Assembly: GCA_963744145.1 (NCBI GenBank)
Contig: CAVUSO010000001.1
Span: 160,001 to 224,000 of the forward strand
Length of the DNA: 64,000 nt
Direction: 5' to 3'
DNA from: an uncultured cyanobacterium
GTDB lineage: Bacteria; Cyanobacteriota; Cyanobacteriia; Cyanobacteriales; CAWUOF01
Under the pieces are notes generated by a model that worked only from the letters and a program-made list of their open reading frames with translations, made no database searches and was not told the DNA's origin. Position numbers and translations under genes: made by a program. Shown here piece by piece: positions 29,706 through 40,291 of this stretch (position 1 is its first letter; each line of letters opens with the position of its first letter).

Positions 29706-31445
29706 TTAATTAGTAGCTAACTGTGTAACCGGAATTTGAATCCAGAACTCTGTCCCTTCCCCAAGTTCGGATAAACATTTGAGACTTCCACCATGTTTTT
29801 CAACCACAATTTGATAGCTAATTGAAAGTCCTAATCCAGTTCCTTTTCCGATTGGTTTAGTGGTAAAGAATGGGTCAAATAATTTCTTTTTTACCTCTGC
29901 GGTCATCCCTGGACCATTATCCCGAATACAAACCAATACATTCTGACTAGGATTACCCATTAAATTCTGATCTAATATTTTGGTAGAAATGGTGATTTTT
30001 CCCGGTTTATCTTCCATTTGAATCGCATCGATCGCATTACTAATAATATTCATAAATACTTGATTAAGCTGACCTAAATAACACTCAACATTAGGTAAGT
30101 CTCCATATTCTTTGACTACTTGAATCTGGGGATGATTGACTGTTTCTTTTAAGCGATGATGTAAAATCAATAAAGTGCTATCAATTCCTTCGTGAATATC
30201 CACTGCTTTCATCTCATTTTGTTCAATTCGAGAAAAGTTACGGAGGGAAATAACAATCTGACGAATTCGATCAATTCCTACTTTCATCGAAGCTAACAAT
30301 TTTGGTAAGTCTTCTAATAAAAATTCTAAATCAGAATTAACAATCTCTTCTTTAACTTCTGATACTGGTTCTGGATAATTTTTTAGAAATAATTGTGCTA
30401 TCTTCATTAAATTTTGTACATACTCATCAGCATAATTAAGATTACCATAAATAAAATTTACTGGATTATTAATTTCATGGGCAACCCCAGCTAAAAGTTG
30501 ACCTAATGCTGACATTTTTTCGCTTTGAATCAATTGGGTTTGTGCTTGTTGTAATTCTGATAAAGTTTCTTGTAATTGTTGAGCGTGTTCTTGAGCAATT
30601 CTAGCAGCTTGAAGGCTTTCTTCATAGATTTTCGCTTTTTCAATCGCCACAGCAGCTTGGGATGCAAAGATATTTAATAACTTTAAATCTCCTGCTTCAT
30701 AGTTAATTTTCTGCTCATTACAAATCGCGATCGCTCCGATTAACTGTTCTTTTGTCTTTAAGGGGACACAAATCAAAGATTGAACTTTTTCTTGACTATT
30801 AACAAATCGAGCATCTGTGGAAACATCATTAACAATCTCACCCTTTCCCATCTGGAGAATCGTCTCCACCATCCCCTCACCTAACTGCAAGAATTCTGCT
30901 AAATATCCCACCGCACCAAATTCTGCTAAAATCTCAAACTTTTCGGTTTTGCTATCGAGTAAAACCATAATTCCCATTGTCCCATCAATTAACTTTCCTG
31001 CTTGTTCAATTACCATCTGAGCAAGTTGTTTTAAATCCAAACTCGCTGTTACTTGGGTAGAAATATCTTCAAATAAATCTATTTCTTTATATTTTTCTAA
31101 TAACTCATTAGCGAGGGATTTTTTCTCAAATTCCTGTTTGACCAAATAGGAAAGCAAATCCGCGACAGAACGGGCAGTTATTGACCCACTAACTACCCAA
31201 CCTAATTTTGCTCCAGCTAGTTCGATCGGATACTGATGGGTTAGCTCTTCTTGTGTCTTGCCAAATAACAGATTTCCTTCTAAATCTTTTATATAGATAT
31301 CCTCACTCATCCCATTCAGTAAAGCTGAGATCATTGATATTACTTCTTTTTTACTAAAAAATTTTTTCAGATTGATTGGCATCATAAGTGTTTTCGATAA
31401 GTGCTGGGTTTTTATAAAAGAGGTTAACCCTCTCTCTATTACCAT
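29706..31445 (-). CDS. GAF-domain histidine kinase
   Basis: GAF (SLICVPL..IGAI), AHEINNP H-box, FFTTKPIGKGTGLGL; the true start may be near 31382. Confidence 0.9.
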   Translation of the reverse strand: MVIERGLTSFIKTQHLSKTLMMPINLKKFFSKKEVISMISALLNGMSEDIYIKDLEGNLLFGKTQEELTHQYPIELAGAKLGWVVSGSITARSVADLLSYLVKQEFEKKSLANELLEKYKEIDLFEDISTQVTASLDLKQLAQMVIEQAGKLIDGTMGIMVLLDSKTEKFEILAEFGAVGYLAEFLQLGEGMVETILQMGKGEIVNDVSTDARFVNSQEKVQSLICVPLKTKEQLIGAIAICNEQKINYEAGDLKLLNIFASQAAVAIEKAKIYEESLQAARIAQEHAQQLQETLSELQQAQTQLIQSEKMSALGQLLAGVAHEINNPVNFIYGNLNYADEYVQNLMKIAQLFLKNYPEPVSEVKEEIVNSDLEFLLEDLPKLLASMKVGIDRIRQIVISLRNFSRIEQNEMKAVDIHEGIDSTLLILHHRLKETVNHPQIQVVKEYGDLPNVECYLGQLNQVFMNIISNAIDAIQMEDKPGKITISTKILDQNLMGNPSQNVLVCIRDNGPGMTAEVKKKLFDPFFTTKPIGKGTGLGLSISYQIVVEKHGGSLKCLSELGEGTEFWIQIPVTQLATN

Positions 31446-31545
31446 TTTATGGTAGTATCATTTTCTCTTGTATTGTAAAAATTACTTAACTCATTCTGGG
31501 ACTTTCCTGGTTTGTTGGTCCATTGTTAATCCAACCAGGACAAAT

Positions 31546-31668
31546 TAGACCTCTTGCAAAAGTCATGTTGATCAATTTACTGGACAGGCAAGATGCCTGT
31601 CCCACAACCAAAAAAACTCTTGTGGGACAGGCATCTTGCCTGTCCTAGTTATTTTTGCAAGAAGTCTA
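31546..31668. mobile_element. MITE with terminal inverted repeats and an internal REP-like palindrome
   Basis: TAGACCTCTTGCAAAA ... TTTTGCAAGAAGTCTA ends; internal GGACAGGCAAGATGCCTGTCCCACAA / TTGTGGGACAGGCATCTTGCCTGTCC inverted repeat. Confidence 0.75.
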
Positions 31669-31937
31669 TTATTTTAGATGCTGCGACAGAAGGATTTAGC
31701 TATGCTTATATTGAGCAAGCAGCGATTCGGACTTGTTTAGATCCTACCACAGATGACAATTTAATTATCGCTGCTATTCATAATCGCGTGGGAGGTAGTG
31801 GACCATTTGGGTGTTTTTAGCACTCAATAATTTCAGCACTATAGAATTATAAATATATTGACGCCTGCCCTGGTGCGATCGCCGTGAATCAATCAAGACC
31901 AGACCAGACAGACGTCAAAGGTAAAATTTTGGATTGA

Positions 31938-32420
31938 TTAGAAAAGACCTAGAGTAAAGGACTTATCAATCGGGAAAGTAGCACCAATTCCTAACCAAAT
32001 TGTTACCACAGTACCAAACAAAAATACTGCGGTAGCGACTGGACGACGGAAAGGATTTTGGAACTTGTTAACGCTTTCGATAAAAGGAATCACCAGTAAC
32101 CCAATGGGTACGGCACTCATCAGCAACACACCTAAAAGTTTATTCGGCACAGAACGCAACAGTTGAAAAACTGGGTAAAGATACCACTCTGGCAAAATTT
32201 CTAAGGGAGTTGCAAAAGGATTAGCTGGTTCACCCACCATGGCTGGATCTAGCACTGCTAAACCCACACATAAAGCAATCGTGCCGATAATAACTACTGG
32301 GAAGACATAGAGAAGATCATTGGGCCAAGCTGGTTCACCATAGTAGTTGTGACCCATACCCTTAGCCAATTTAGCCCGTAGAGCCGGATCGCTTAGATCC
32401 GGTTTTTTCTGTGTTGACAT
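31938..32420 (-). CDS. petD: Cytochrome b6f subunit IV
   Basis: [18 protein letters not shown] and PEWY motifs. Confidence 0.98.
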   Translation of the reverse strand: MSTQKKPDLSDPALRAKLAKGMGHNYYGEPAWPNDLLYVFPVVIIGTIALCVGLAVLDPAMVGEPANPFATPLEILPEWYLYPVFQLLRSVPNKLLGVLLMSAVPIGLLVIPFIESVNKFQNPFRRPVATAVFLFGTVVTIWLGIGATFPIDKSFTLGLF

Positions 32421-32490
32421 AGTTAATTATTGTTTTCCTGAATCAGGTTAGTTGGAGCGTGAGGAAGTAATAGCAGTTGCATTTTTAATT

Positions 32491-33138
32491 TTACAATGGA
32501 CCGGAAATGCCTTGTTTGCGAATCATCAAGAAGTGCATCAGCATAAATACAGCAATCAGCCAAGGCAGAACGAAAGTGTGGGCGCTATAATAACGAGTTA
32601 GGGTAGCTTGACCAACACTGGAACCACCACGTAATAAGTCAGCAATCAGAGTCCCTACCACAGGAATTGCTTCCGGAACCCCAGAAACTATTTTTACCGC
32701 CCAATAACCAATTTGATCCCAAGGCAGAGAGTAACCAGTAACACCAAAGGATACTGTAATTACAGCTAAAATTACACCTGTCACCCAGGTTAGTTCCCGA
32801 GGTTTTTTAAATCCACCAGTCAGGTAAACTCGAAAAACGTGGAGAATCATCATCAACACCATCATGCTAGCAGACCAGCGGTGAACGGAGCGAATGAGCC
32901 AACCAAAGCTAACTTCCGTCATAATGTATTGGATGGAGGTAAATGCTTCGGTGACAGTTGGCTTGTAATAAAATGTCATCGCAAATCCAGTGGCAAACTG
33001 GATTAAAAAGCAAACTAGGGTGACACCACCTAAACAATAGAAGATGTTGACATGGGGAGGTACGTATTTACTGGTTACATCTTCAGCGAGTGCTTGGATT
33101 TCTAAGCGTTCCTCAAACCAGTCTAAGACTTTGGACAT
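32491..33138 (-). CDS. petB: Cytochrome b6
   Basis: [24 protein letters not shown] and RKQGISGPL motifs. Confidence 0.98.
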   Translation of the reverse strand: MSKVLDWFEERLEIQALAEDVTSKYVPPHVNIFYCLGGVTLVCFLIQFATGFAMTFYYKPTVTEAFTSIQYIMTEVSFGWLIRSVHRWSASMMVLMMILHVFRVYLTGGFKKPRELTWVTGVILAVITVSFGVTGYSLPWDQIGYWAVKIVSGVPEAIPVVGTLIADLLRGGSSVGQATLTRYYSAHTFVLPWLIAVFMLMHFLMIRKQGISGPL

Positions 33139-33321
33139 GTATTAATGGTTCCTAAAAAGTTATTGCGGTTCATGATTAAAACTGTACCATAGTCGAAAGA
33201 TTTCACAAAAACCGAACAAGTTCAAGCGAGATTGCTTGACCAGTGATTGCATAATTAGGCTGTCGCTCGGATTTTTGGCCATTTTTTTGGCTGTGTTGAC
33301 CGGAAATAAGATATCTAAGAT

Positions 33322-34572
33322 ATGAAAAAAATAGTTGCTACTGTTGGCTTGTTAATTATCGTGTCAATCGTGATGGTCTTGGGTTGTTGGACCAGACCAG
33401 CTTTGGCTTTGACGGAAAATCAAAAACTGGTAAATGAAGTGTGGCGCATTGTCAATCGTACTTATGTGGATGGTACGTTTAATCACCAGAATTGGTTAAA
33501 AGTCCGCACCCAGACTTTGCAGCAAAACCTGGAAACTCGTGAAGAAACTTATCGTGCGATCGCCAATATGTTAAGCACTTTGGATGATCCATTTACCCGT
33601 TTATTACAGCCAAATCAGTATCGTAGTCTCCAAGTGAATACTTCCGGAGAACTAACTGGGGTGGGATTGCAAATTGCTCTGGATCAAAATGGTAAATTAG
33701 TGGTAGTTGCACCAATCACTGGTTCACCAGCGGCTAAAGCTGGATTACAAGCTCGCGATCGGATTGTAGCAATTGATGGTTTAGCTACCGATCAGTTGTC
33801 TCTTGATCAAGCAGCCGAAAAAATGCGTGGTCTTCCAGGAAGTCAAGTGATTTTAACGATCGAGCGTGCAGGAAGTGCCCCTATGCAATTTTCCCTGATT
33901 CGCGATCGCATTGCTCTGAATCCAGTAGTGGCACAATTCCGTTCTTCCTCAGATAATTTAGCGATCGGCTATATCCGTCTCAATCAATTTAATGCTAATG
34001 CTCCCACCGAATTTGCTCTGGCTTTAACTCAACTCGAACAACAAGGAGCCAATGCTTATATCCTTGATCTCAGAAATAATCCTGGTGGACTTTTGCAAGC
34101 TGGGATTGAGATTGCACGCTTGTGGTTAAATGAAGGCACAATTGTTTATACTGTGAATCGGCAAGGAATTGTCGGTAATTTTGACGCTGATGACCAAGCT
34201 TTAACCAATGATCCACTGGTAGTTTTAGTCAATCAAGGTACTGCTAGTGCTAGTGAGATTTTGGCTGGTGCTTTACAGGATCATGGTCGGGCTCAACTCG
34301 TGGGTGAAAAAACTTTTGGTAAGGGTTTAATTCAATCCTTGTTTGATTTATCCGATGGCTCTGGTTTAGCTGTCACGATCGCTAAATATGAAACTCCTAA
34401 TCATCATGATATTCACAAGTTAGGGATTATACCTGATCAAATAGTATCTCTAGATCCCATTACTAGCCTAGAAATTGCTACCCAAGCCGATCGGCAATAT
34501 CAAGCTGCGGTTGATTTATTGCATGGTTCCTTAACTGTAGCCGAGACGATCACTAAACTCCCTCAAAAATAA
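33322..34572 (+). CDS. ctpA: C-terminal processing protease (S41)
   Basis: PDZ domain, DLRNNPGG, TASASEILAGAL, KTFGKG; divergent from petB, as is usual in cyanobacteria. Confidence 0.9.
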   Translation: MKKIVATVGLLIIVSIVMVLGCWTRPALALTENQKLVNEVWRIVNRTYVDGTFNHQNWLKVRTQTLQQNLETREETYRAIANMLSTLDDPFTRLLQPNQYRSLQVNTSGELTGVGLQIALDQNGKLVVVAPITGSPAAKAGLQARDRIVAIDGLATDQLSLDQAAEKMRGLPGSQVILTIERAGSAPMQFSLIRDRIALNPVVAQFRSSSDNLAIGYIRLNQFNANAPTEFALALTQLEQQGANAYILDLRNNPGGLLQAGIEIARLWLNEGTIVYTVNRQGIVGNFDADDQALTNDPLVVLVNQGTASASEILAGALQDHGRAQLVGEKTFGKGLIQSLFDLSDGSGLAVTIAKYETPNHHDIHKLGIIPDQIVSLDPITSLEIATQADRQYQAAVDLLHGSLTVAETITKLPQK

Positions 34573-34635
34573 AGATTAAGTCAGAAGTTTGTTCTAGTCT
34601 GAATTTATGCCCTAGATTTTGAGCCTCAATTTTTA

Positions 34636-35916
34636 TTAAAATATAAATATCAGTTGAATGTGCCAGGTTTGGGCTTGACGGATGATTTTAATTTGACGAA
34701 TAAATTCGCGAAAGTAAAAGCGTCTCTCTGATTCAGATAAATCTAACCAGAATTGAGGAATAGAAACAGCTTGAGCAATTTCGCGCAAATTGACTGGAGG
34801 TAGTTGCGCTAGTTGAGATTGCATTTGGGAAATTTCAGTCCGAATTTTATAGGTTCGTAACTCAGCTGTTTCTGGGTCGAAAATCCCCTTCAGGGTTAAA
34901 TTGGGAATTTGGGCTAAGATTTCTTCCTTGGTCCCGATCTCCTGGGTGATTTTTGCCTTCATTTGCTCCGGATCAGGTAAATTTATCTTTGCGACTGCAT
35001 TAGGTAAATCTTGGCAAATTCTGTCAATACTTTGTTTTAACACGCTTTGATAAGGAATCGCGCCACATTTAGGCATTCTGCTACAATTAGTTGGACGCAA
35101 ATAAAGATATTCTTGTGATTGACGACGACTGCTCACTTTACTAATTTTCATGAGTGATTCACATTCTCCGCAAATGACTAAACCCGCTAAGGAACGCGGA
35201 GCGCTCGCAGTTCGAGGAGACAATCTTCGATTACGTCGTAAAACCCGATCAATTTGGGCTGCTTCTGCTCGAGAAATAATCGCTGTATGAGTATTGGAAA
35301 TAATTTCATCATTTTTATACTTTAAATCACCTCGATAAACGCAATTTGTGAGCCAACGTCCACCAGTCGAGACAGCGATGATCAGCCCATGTTTTTGCTC
35401 TAAGTAGCGCACTGCACCTCTTAAAGAACCATAAAGCAGGAAATGTTCAAAAAAATCTTTCACGATTGGAGCAGCGTTGCGATCGAGGAGATAACGTTCT
35501 TTACCACGACGATATCCATAGGGAGCTTTACCTGGAGGGGGTAGAAATTTGAGCCGATTTCTGGTATGTCCTTTGCGAATATTGCGACTATGGTGATGAC
35601 GTTTAATTTCTCTCAACAGATTAATTAAATCTGCTTTTTGTTCTGCTTGATTGGTTGCTAGGCCGATCACTTTTATGCCCATTAATTCTAGTTTTTTCAA
35701 GTGCAAACTTACTGCTAATACAGAATCTCCTAGTTCGGCTAAATTATGAACTAGCAGATAATCAACTGATTCTGTTTGTAAATCTTGAAATAGCTGGTCT
35801 AAAGCTTGGCGATCGCCTAAATCTTGATAAATATGATCGATTTTTTGATCCCATCCCTCCCAATTGGGTGTAGACTCAGACCCAGGATCACTATAGCAGT
35901 AAGCAATTATTTTCAT
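34636..35916 (-). CDS. Large serine-recombinase-family protein (degenerate catalytic motif)
   Basis: GKAPYGY, recombinase domain (WLTNCVYRG..THTAIIS), LAGLVICGEC zinc ribbon, coiled coil; start placed at MKIIAY. Confidence 0.8.
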   Translation of the reverse strand: MKIIAYCYSDPGSESTPNWEGWDQKIDHIYQDLGDRQALDQLFQDLQTESVDYLLVHNLAELGDSVLAVSLHLKKLELMGIKVIGLATNQAEQKADLINLLREIKRHHHSRNIRKGHTRNRLKFLPPPGKAPYGYRRGKERYLLDRNAAPIVKDFFEHFLLYGSLRGAVRYLEQKHGLIIAVSTGGRWLTNCVYRGDLKYKNDEIISNTHTAIISRAEAAQIDRVLRRNRRLSPRTASAPRSLAGLVICGECESLMKISKVSSRRQSQEYLYLRPTNCSRMPKCGAIPYQSVLKQSIDRICQDLPNAVAKINLPDPEQMKAKITQEIGTKEEILAQIPNLTLKGIFDPETAELRTYKIRTEISQMQSQLAQLPPVNLREIAQAVSIPQFWLDLSESERRFYFREFIRQIKIIRQAQTWHIQLIFIF

Positions 35917-36118
35917 GGCGAAACTAACCAGAGCAAAATTAGTATCAATTCTCACATTTTTGATCAGAAAAGCTAGCTAGCAGAGAAACAAGAACAATTT
36001 TTAGCTATAGCTGTTCTACTGATCATTTACATTGTCTAAAATTATGATAAAATGAAATGTCTCCTTGAACAGAAGCTATTTCATTGGGTCGGTGTCTATG
36101 TTAGATATGGTCGAGTGT

Positions 36119-37828
36119 ATGAACAATGTCACTCAAGTAAGATCAGAGTCAAAAACTGCCATAAATTTATTAATTGTTGAAAATCAAAACGCCGAACTGG
36201 AGCTAATTATTAAAACTCTTTTAAACGCAGATATTATTTTTACCTACGATCTAGCTGATACTTACACAAACTGTCAGCAACTGTTACAAAAAACCAGATA
36301 TGATGCAGTTTTATCAACTTACTGTTGGTCGGAATTTAGTTCAATTCAGCTCTTAAATTTACTCAAAGAATTTCACCAAAATATCCCTTTAATTTTAATT
36401 AGTGAGCGGATCGGTGAAGAAGCTACAGTCGAATGTATTAAAGCCGGGATAACTGACTATGTATTGAAAGATAGATTATTTCGCTTACCTACAGTTTTAC
36501 AGCGATCGCTAGCTGAATTTGAACGACGTTGTGAACAACAAGAACAACAAGCTAAACTTGAACAACAAGCAGAGCGAGAAAGATTACTAAATCAAATTAG
36601 TCATTCTTTAAATTCTAGTCTTGACCCTGAATATATCTTAACAGAAATAGTTAAGCGAATTGGTGAATGTTTTCGGGTTGATCGCGTGGCAATTTTTGCG
36701 ATCCATGAAACCGAAATTCAGGTAATTAATGAATGGAAATATCACGACCAGATTGATTCACTCTTAGATTTTAAAACTCCGAAAGACCCCTGTTATAGGA
36801 TGATCCATAATGAGAGTGAATCGATTCGTCAGGGATGTTTATATTTAACCATTAATCAACCAGAACAAGAGCAACACCAGCAAAAAAATCAGGCAATTTA
36901 TTTTTTGAGTGTCCCCATTTTTATTCGCGATCGCTTATTTGGTTGTTTAACTTTACACACACTTAAGGAAAAACGGATTTTCCCCCCAGAAGAAATTGCT
37001 TTATTAAGAGGAATTGCGGATCAAGCTGCGATCGCGCTTTACAATGCTCAAAACTATGAACGTTTAGAGGAATTAGTCAGACAACGCACCCAAGAATTAG
37101 AAAAGGAGAAAATTTTTTCCGAATCTGCTAACCGATCTAAAAGTGAATTTTTGGGTAATATGAGTCATGAATTACGGACACCCCTGACAGGAATTTTAGG
37201 ATTTTCTCATGTGCTATTACAAGAAGTTTTTGGTTCATTAAACGAAAAACAAAAACAATATATAGCTGGAATTAACTCCTGTGGAAAACATTTGCTAGAT
37301 TTGATTAACGATTTATTAGATTTATCAAAACTAGAAGCTGGTAAAGAATCTTTAAATCTGGAAACTATAGTAATCGCAGAAATTTGTGAAGCTAGTATAT
37401 TTTTAATTCGCGAACGGGTGGCTGACCGAGGGTTAGAAATATCAACAGTTATTACGACTAATCTAACTACTTTTATCGCTGACCAACGTCGAGTGAAACA
37501 AATTTTATTTAATCTGTTATCTAATGCTGTTAAATTTACTCCGACCGGATCAGTGACCTTAAAAGTAGAACAAATCCAGGATATAATTCAGTTTTCTGTG
37601 ATTGATACGGGTATTGGGATTGCCGAATCAGATAAAGTTAAATTATTCCAACCTTTTCAACAACTAGATAGTAGTTTATCTCGCAAATATGAAGGTAGTG
37701 GTTTAGGGTTAGCATTATCACGGAATTTAGCGCGTTTACATGGTGGAGATATTACCTTTACCTCAGAACTTGGACTGGGAAGTTGTTTTACTCTTTCTTT
37801 ACCCATCATTCCCATAATTGATGAGTAA
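36119..37828 (+). CDS. REC-GAF-histidine kinase hybrid
   Basis: Receiver-like N-terminus (GITDYVLK), [24 protein letters not shown]; start uncertain (36065-36119). Confidence 0.88.
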   Translation: MNNVTQVRSESKTAINLLIVENQNAELELIIKTLLNADIIFTYDLADTYTNCQQLLQKTRYDAVLSTYCWSEFSSIQLLNLLKEFHQNIPLILISERIGEEATVECIKAGITDYVLKDRLFRLPTVLQRSLAEFERRCEQQEQQAKLEQQAERERLLNQISHSLNSSLDPEYILTEIVKRIGECFRVDRVAIFAIHETEIQVINEWKYHDQIDSLLDFKTPKDPCYRMIHNESESIRQGCLYLTINQPEQEQHQQKNQAIYFLSVPIFIRDRLFGCLTLHTLKEKRIFPPEEIALLRGIADQAAIALYNAQNYERLEELVRQRTQELEKEKIFSESANRSKSEFLGNMSHELRTPLTGILGFSHVLLQEVFGSLNEKQKQYIAGINSCGKHLLDLINDLLDLSKLEAGKESLNLETIVIAEICEASIFLIRERVADRGLEISTVITTNLTTFIADQRRVKQILFNLLSNAVKFTPTGSVTLKVEQIQDIIQFSVIDTGIGIAESDKVKLFQPFQQLDSSLSRKYEGSGLGLALSRNLARLHGGDITFTSELGLGSCFTLSLPIIPIIDE

Positions 37829-38065
37829 TTCTGCCAACATCGGGTCAACTTTTGGCAGTAATTCTGAGATGATCGGTATGGATGACTAAAACTTGTTTCC
37901 ATAATTGTAACCACCTTCTGCCAGCTTAATGGCAGATGTAAAAATAATTTAACTGCTAATTTAAAGGTTCTTTGCGCCCGCTTTGTAAACTTTTGTTGCA
38001 GTTAACCTGTTCATTTCCTGATCCTCTTTAAATTGAGGAGAAGATATTTTTTTGAGTAAGAGCTT

Positions 38066-38947
38066 ATGTTGTTTAAAGACGCTCGAGACTATCAAATATT
38101 ATTTCTATCTCTGTTTTTGATTTTAGGGATTGGTACAAGAGATTGGACCCTGAAACCGGAGTTGATTGTCATCGCGATCGCTACTTGTCTCATCACTCAA
38201 TGGGTTGCGATCTTATTAAAACCTCTGGTTGAGGAAAAAATTCATAAATTCCTCTTTAAAGAAAAAAAGACTCTCATAACTCCTCCCCCATCTTTTTCCT
38301 TTCGGAGTGCTGCAATTACTGGTTTAGGTCTTTGTTTATTATTGCGTTCTGACTCCTATCTCACCATGATGATAGCTGCTTCCTGTGCAATTTTAAGTAA
38401 ATTTATCTTCCAGATTGAGGGTAAGCATTTTTTCAACCCTGCTAATTTTGGCATTATTTTTGTCTTAACTTTTACCTCTGATGCTTGGGTTTCACCGGGA
38501 CAGTGGGGAGAGGATTGGTGGTTTGGTATGTTATTTTTCGGAACGGGTGGTTTGGTATTAAAAAAAGTTGGACGTTGGGATACAACTGCGGCTTTTTTAG
38601 GTTTTTACACCTTACTCGAAACCATAAGAAATTTCTGGTTAGGGTGGACTTTTGATGTGCTAGTGCATCGGTTAACCAGTGGTTCTTTATTGCTGTTTGC
38701 TTTATTTATGATTACCGATCCTCGGTCAATTCCCAATGCAAAAATTAGTCGTTTAATCTGGGCAATTGCGCTGGCAAGTTTAACCTTTATTTTCCGGAAT
38801 TACTTTTTCCTTTCGACCGCAATGTTTTGGGCTTTATTTGCACTTTCACCAGCAATTGTATGGTTAGATTACCTTTGGTCAGCGCCAAGATTTTCCTGGT
38901 TCAATCCCAGAAATATTATGCCTAATCTGACTAAGAATACAGCCTAA
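38066..38947 (+). CDS. RnfD/NqrB-like membrane protein
   Basis: SKFIF...KHFFNPANFG, WVSPGQWG and FALFMITDPRS motifs. Confidence 0.8.
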   Translation: MLFKDARDYQILFLSLFLILGIGTRDWTLKPELIVIAIATCLITQWVAILLKPLVEEKIHKFLFKEKKTLITPPPSFSFRSAAITGLGLCLLLRSDSYLTMMIAASCAILSKFIFQIEGKHFFNPANFGIIFVLTFTSDAWVSPGQWGEDWWFGMLFFGTGGLVLKKVGRWDTTAAFLGFYTLLETIRNFWLGWTFDVLVHRLTSGSLLLFALFMITDPRSIPNAKISRLIWAIALASLTFIFRNYFFLSTAMFWALFALSPAIVWLDYLWSAPRFSWFNPRNIMPNLTKNTA

Positions 38948-38961
38948 TCAAGGAGTAATGT

Positions 38962-40272
38962 ATGAAAATCTGGCAAATTTTAGTCAGCTTGATTATAGCG
39001 ATCGCGATCACCTTGTTTTTAGCTCCAAATGCGTGGGGATTTTGTGGATTTTATGTAGCTAAAGCTGATACTAAGCTTTATAATCAAGCATCTCAGGTAG
39101 TAATTGCGCGGAATGGCGATCGCACCATTTTAACTATGGCAAATGATTTTCAAGGAGATGTGAAAGACTTTGCGATTGTTGTACCAGTTCCTGTAGTTTT
39201 ACAACAAGATCAAGTTCGGGTGGGAGATCCGAAAATTATTGCGAGATTAGATGCGTTTAGTGCGCCGCGCTTAGTAGAATATTTTGATCCTGATCCTTGT
39301 GCAGTTCAGGAAAGAGCTGTCGATCAGGTTACCCAAACAGTAACATCGGAAAGTAAGGTGAACGCGAATTTAAAAAAACAGGATCTTGGTGTGACAGTAG
39401 AAGCTAAATTTACAGTGGGAGAGTATGATATTGTCATTCTCAGCGCCACAGAATCAGATGGATTGGAAACCTGGTTAAACCAAAATAATTATCAAATTCC
39501 CCAGGGAGCAAGTCAGTTACTCCAACCTTATATTCGGCAAAATATGAAATTCTTTGTTGCCAAGGTAAACTTAACTGAATTAGCGAAAACTGGCACGCAA
39601 TTTCTGCGTCCGATTCAAATGGCATTTGCTTCACCAAAATTCATGTTACCAATTCGGTTAGGCATGATCAATGCCACGAAGGAGCAAGATTTAGTGGTAT
39701 ATGTATTATCACCCCAAGGACAAGCAGAAATTACCAATTATCGCACGGTCAATATTCCCTCAAATGTGAATATTCCCTTATTTGTCAAAGATAAATTTGG
39801 GCAGTTCTATCAAGCGATGTTCCAAAATATTTATCAACAGGAAAGGAAAAAGATCGCATTTCTGGAATATGCTTGGAATATGAGTAGCTGTGACCCTTGT
39901 TCTGCTGATCCTTTAAATCCAGAAGAATTGAAAAAAGCTGGAGTATTTTGGTTGAGTCCAGATGGGAATAATAATGTTTTTATTACCAGGTTACATATTC
40001 GTTATACTCGCAACACATTTCCCGAAGACTTAATGTTTCAGCAAACTGGTAATAGTGAATCTTTTCAAGGTCGATATATTATCACTCATCCGTTTACTGG
40101 AGAAATGAAGTGTACCGGAGCGAAACAATATCAACAATCGGTGCAGGAGCGGATGGAACAAGAATCTCAGACTTTAAGTCATTTGACTACTTGGGATATC
40201 CAAACAATTCGTCAACAAAATAAATATGTGCCACCTCAGCCCCGTCGTTGGTGGCACAATTCTTTTGAATAA
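38962..40272 (+). CDS. DUF2330 family exported protein
   Basis: Signal peptide then FCGFYVAKAD; FAIVVPVP, VGEYDI, PKFMLPIRLG and CDPC motifs. Confidence 0.8.
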   Translation: MKIWQILVSLIIAIAITLFLAPNAWGFCGFYVAKADTKLYNQASQVVIARNGDRTILTMANDFQGDVKDFAIVVPVPVVLQQDQVRVGDPKIIARLDAFSAPRLVEYFDPDPCAVQERAVDQVTQTVTSESKVNANLKKQDLGVTVEAKFTVGEYDIVILSATESDGLETWLNQNNYQIPQGASQLLQPYIRQNMKFFVAKVNLTELAKTGTQFLRPIQMAFASPKFMLPIRLGMINATKEQDLVVYVLSPQGQAEITNYRTVNIPSNVNIPLFVKDKFGQFYQAMFQNIYQQERKKIAFLEYAWNMSSCDPCSADPLNPEELKKAGVFWLSPDGNNNVFITRLHIRYTRNTFPEDLMFQQTGNSESFQGRYIITHPFTGEMKCTGAKQYQQSVQERMEQESQTLSHLTTWDIQTIRQQNKYVPPQPRRWWHNSFE

Positions 40273-40291
40273 TAACCACAAGGAGTTAGTG

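Noticed and set aside
31593-31820. 75-aa ORF
   Set aside because: Starts inside a MITE; the 3' part may be a gene fragment but no family was recognised
34636-35955. Excision element (xisF-like) or prophage integrase
   Set aside because: No interrupted host gene, att repeats or cargo; catalytic motif degenerate
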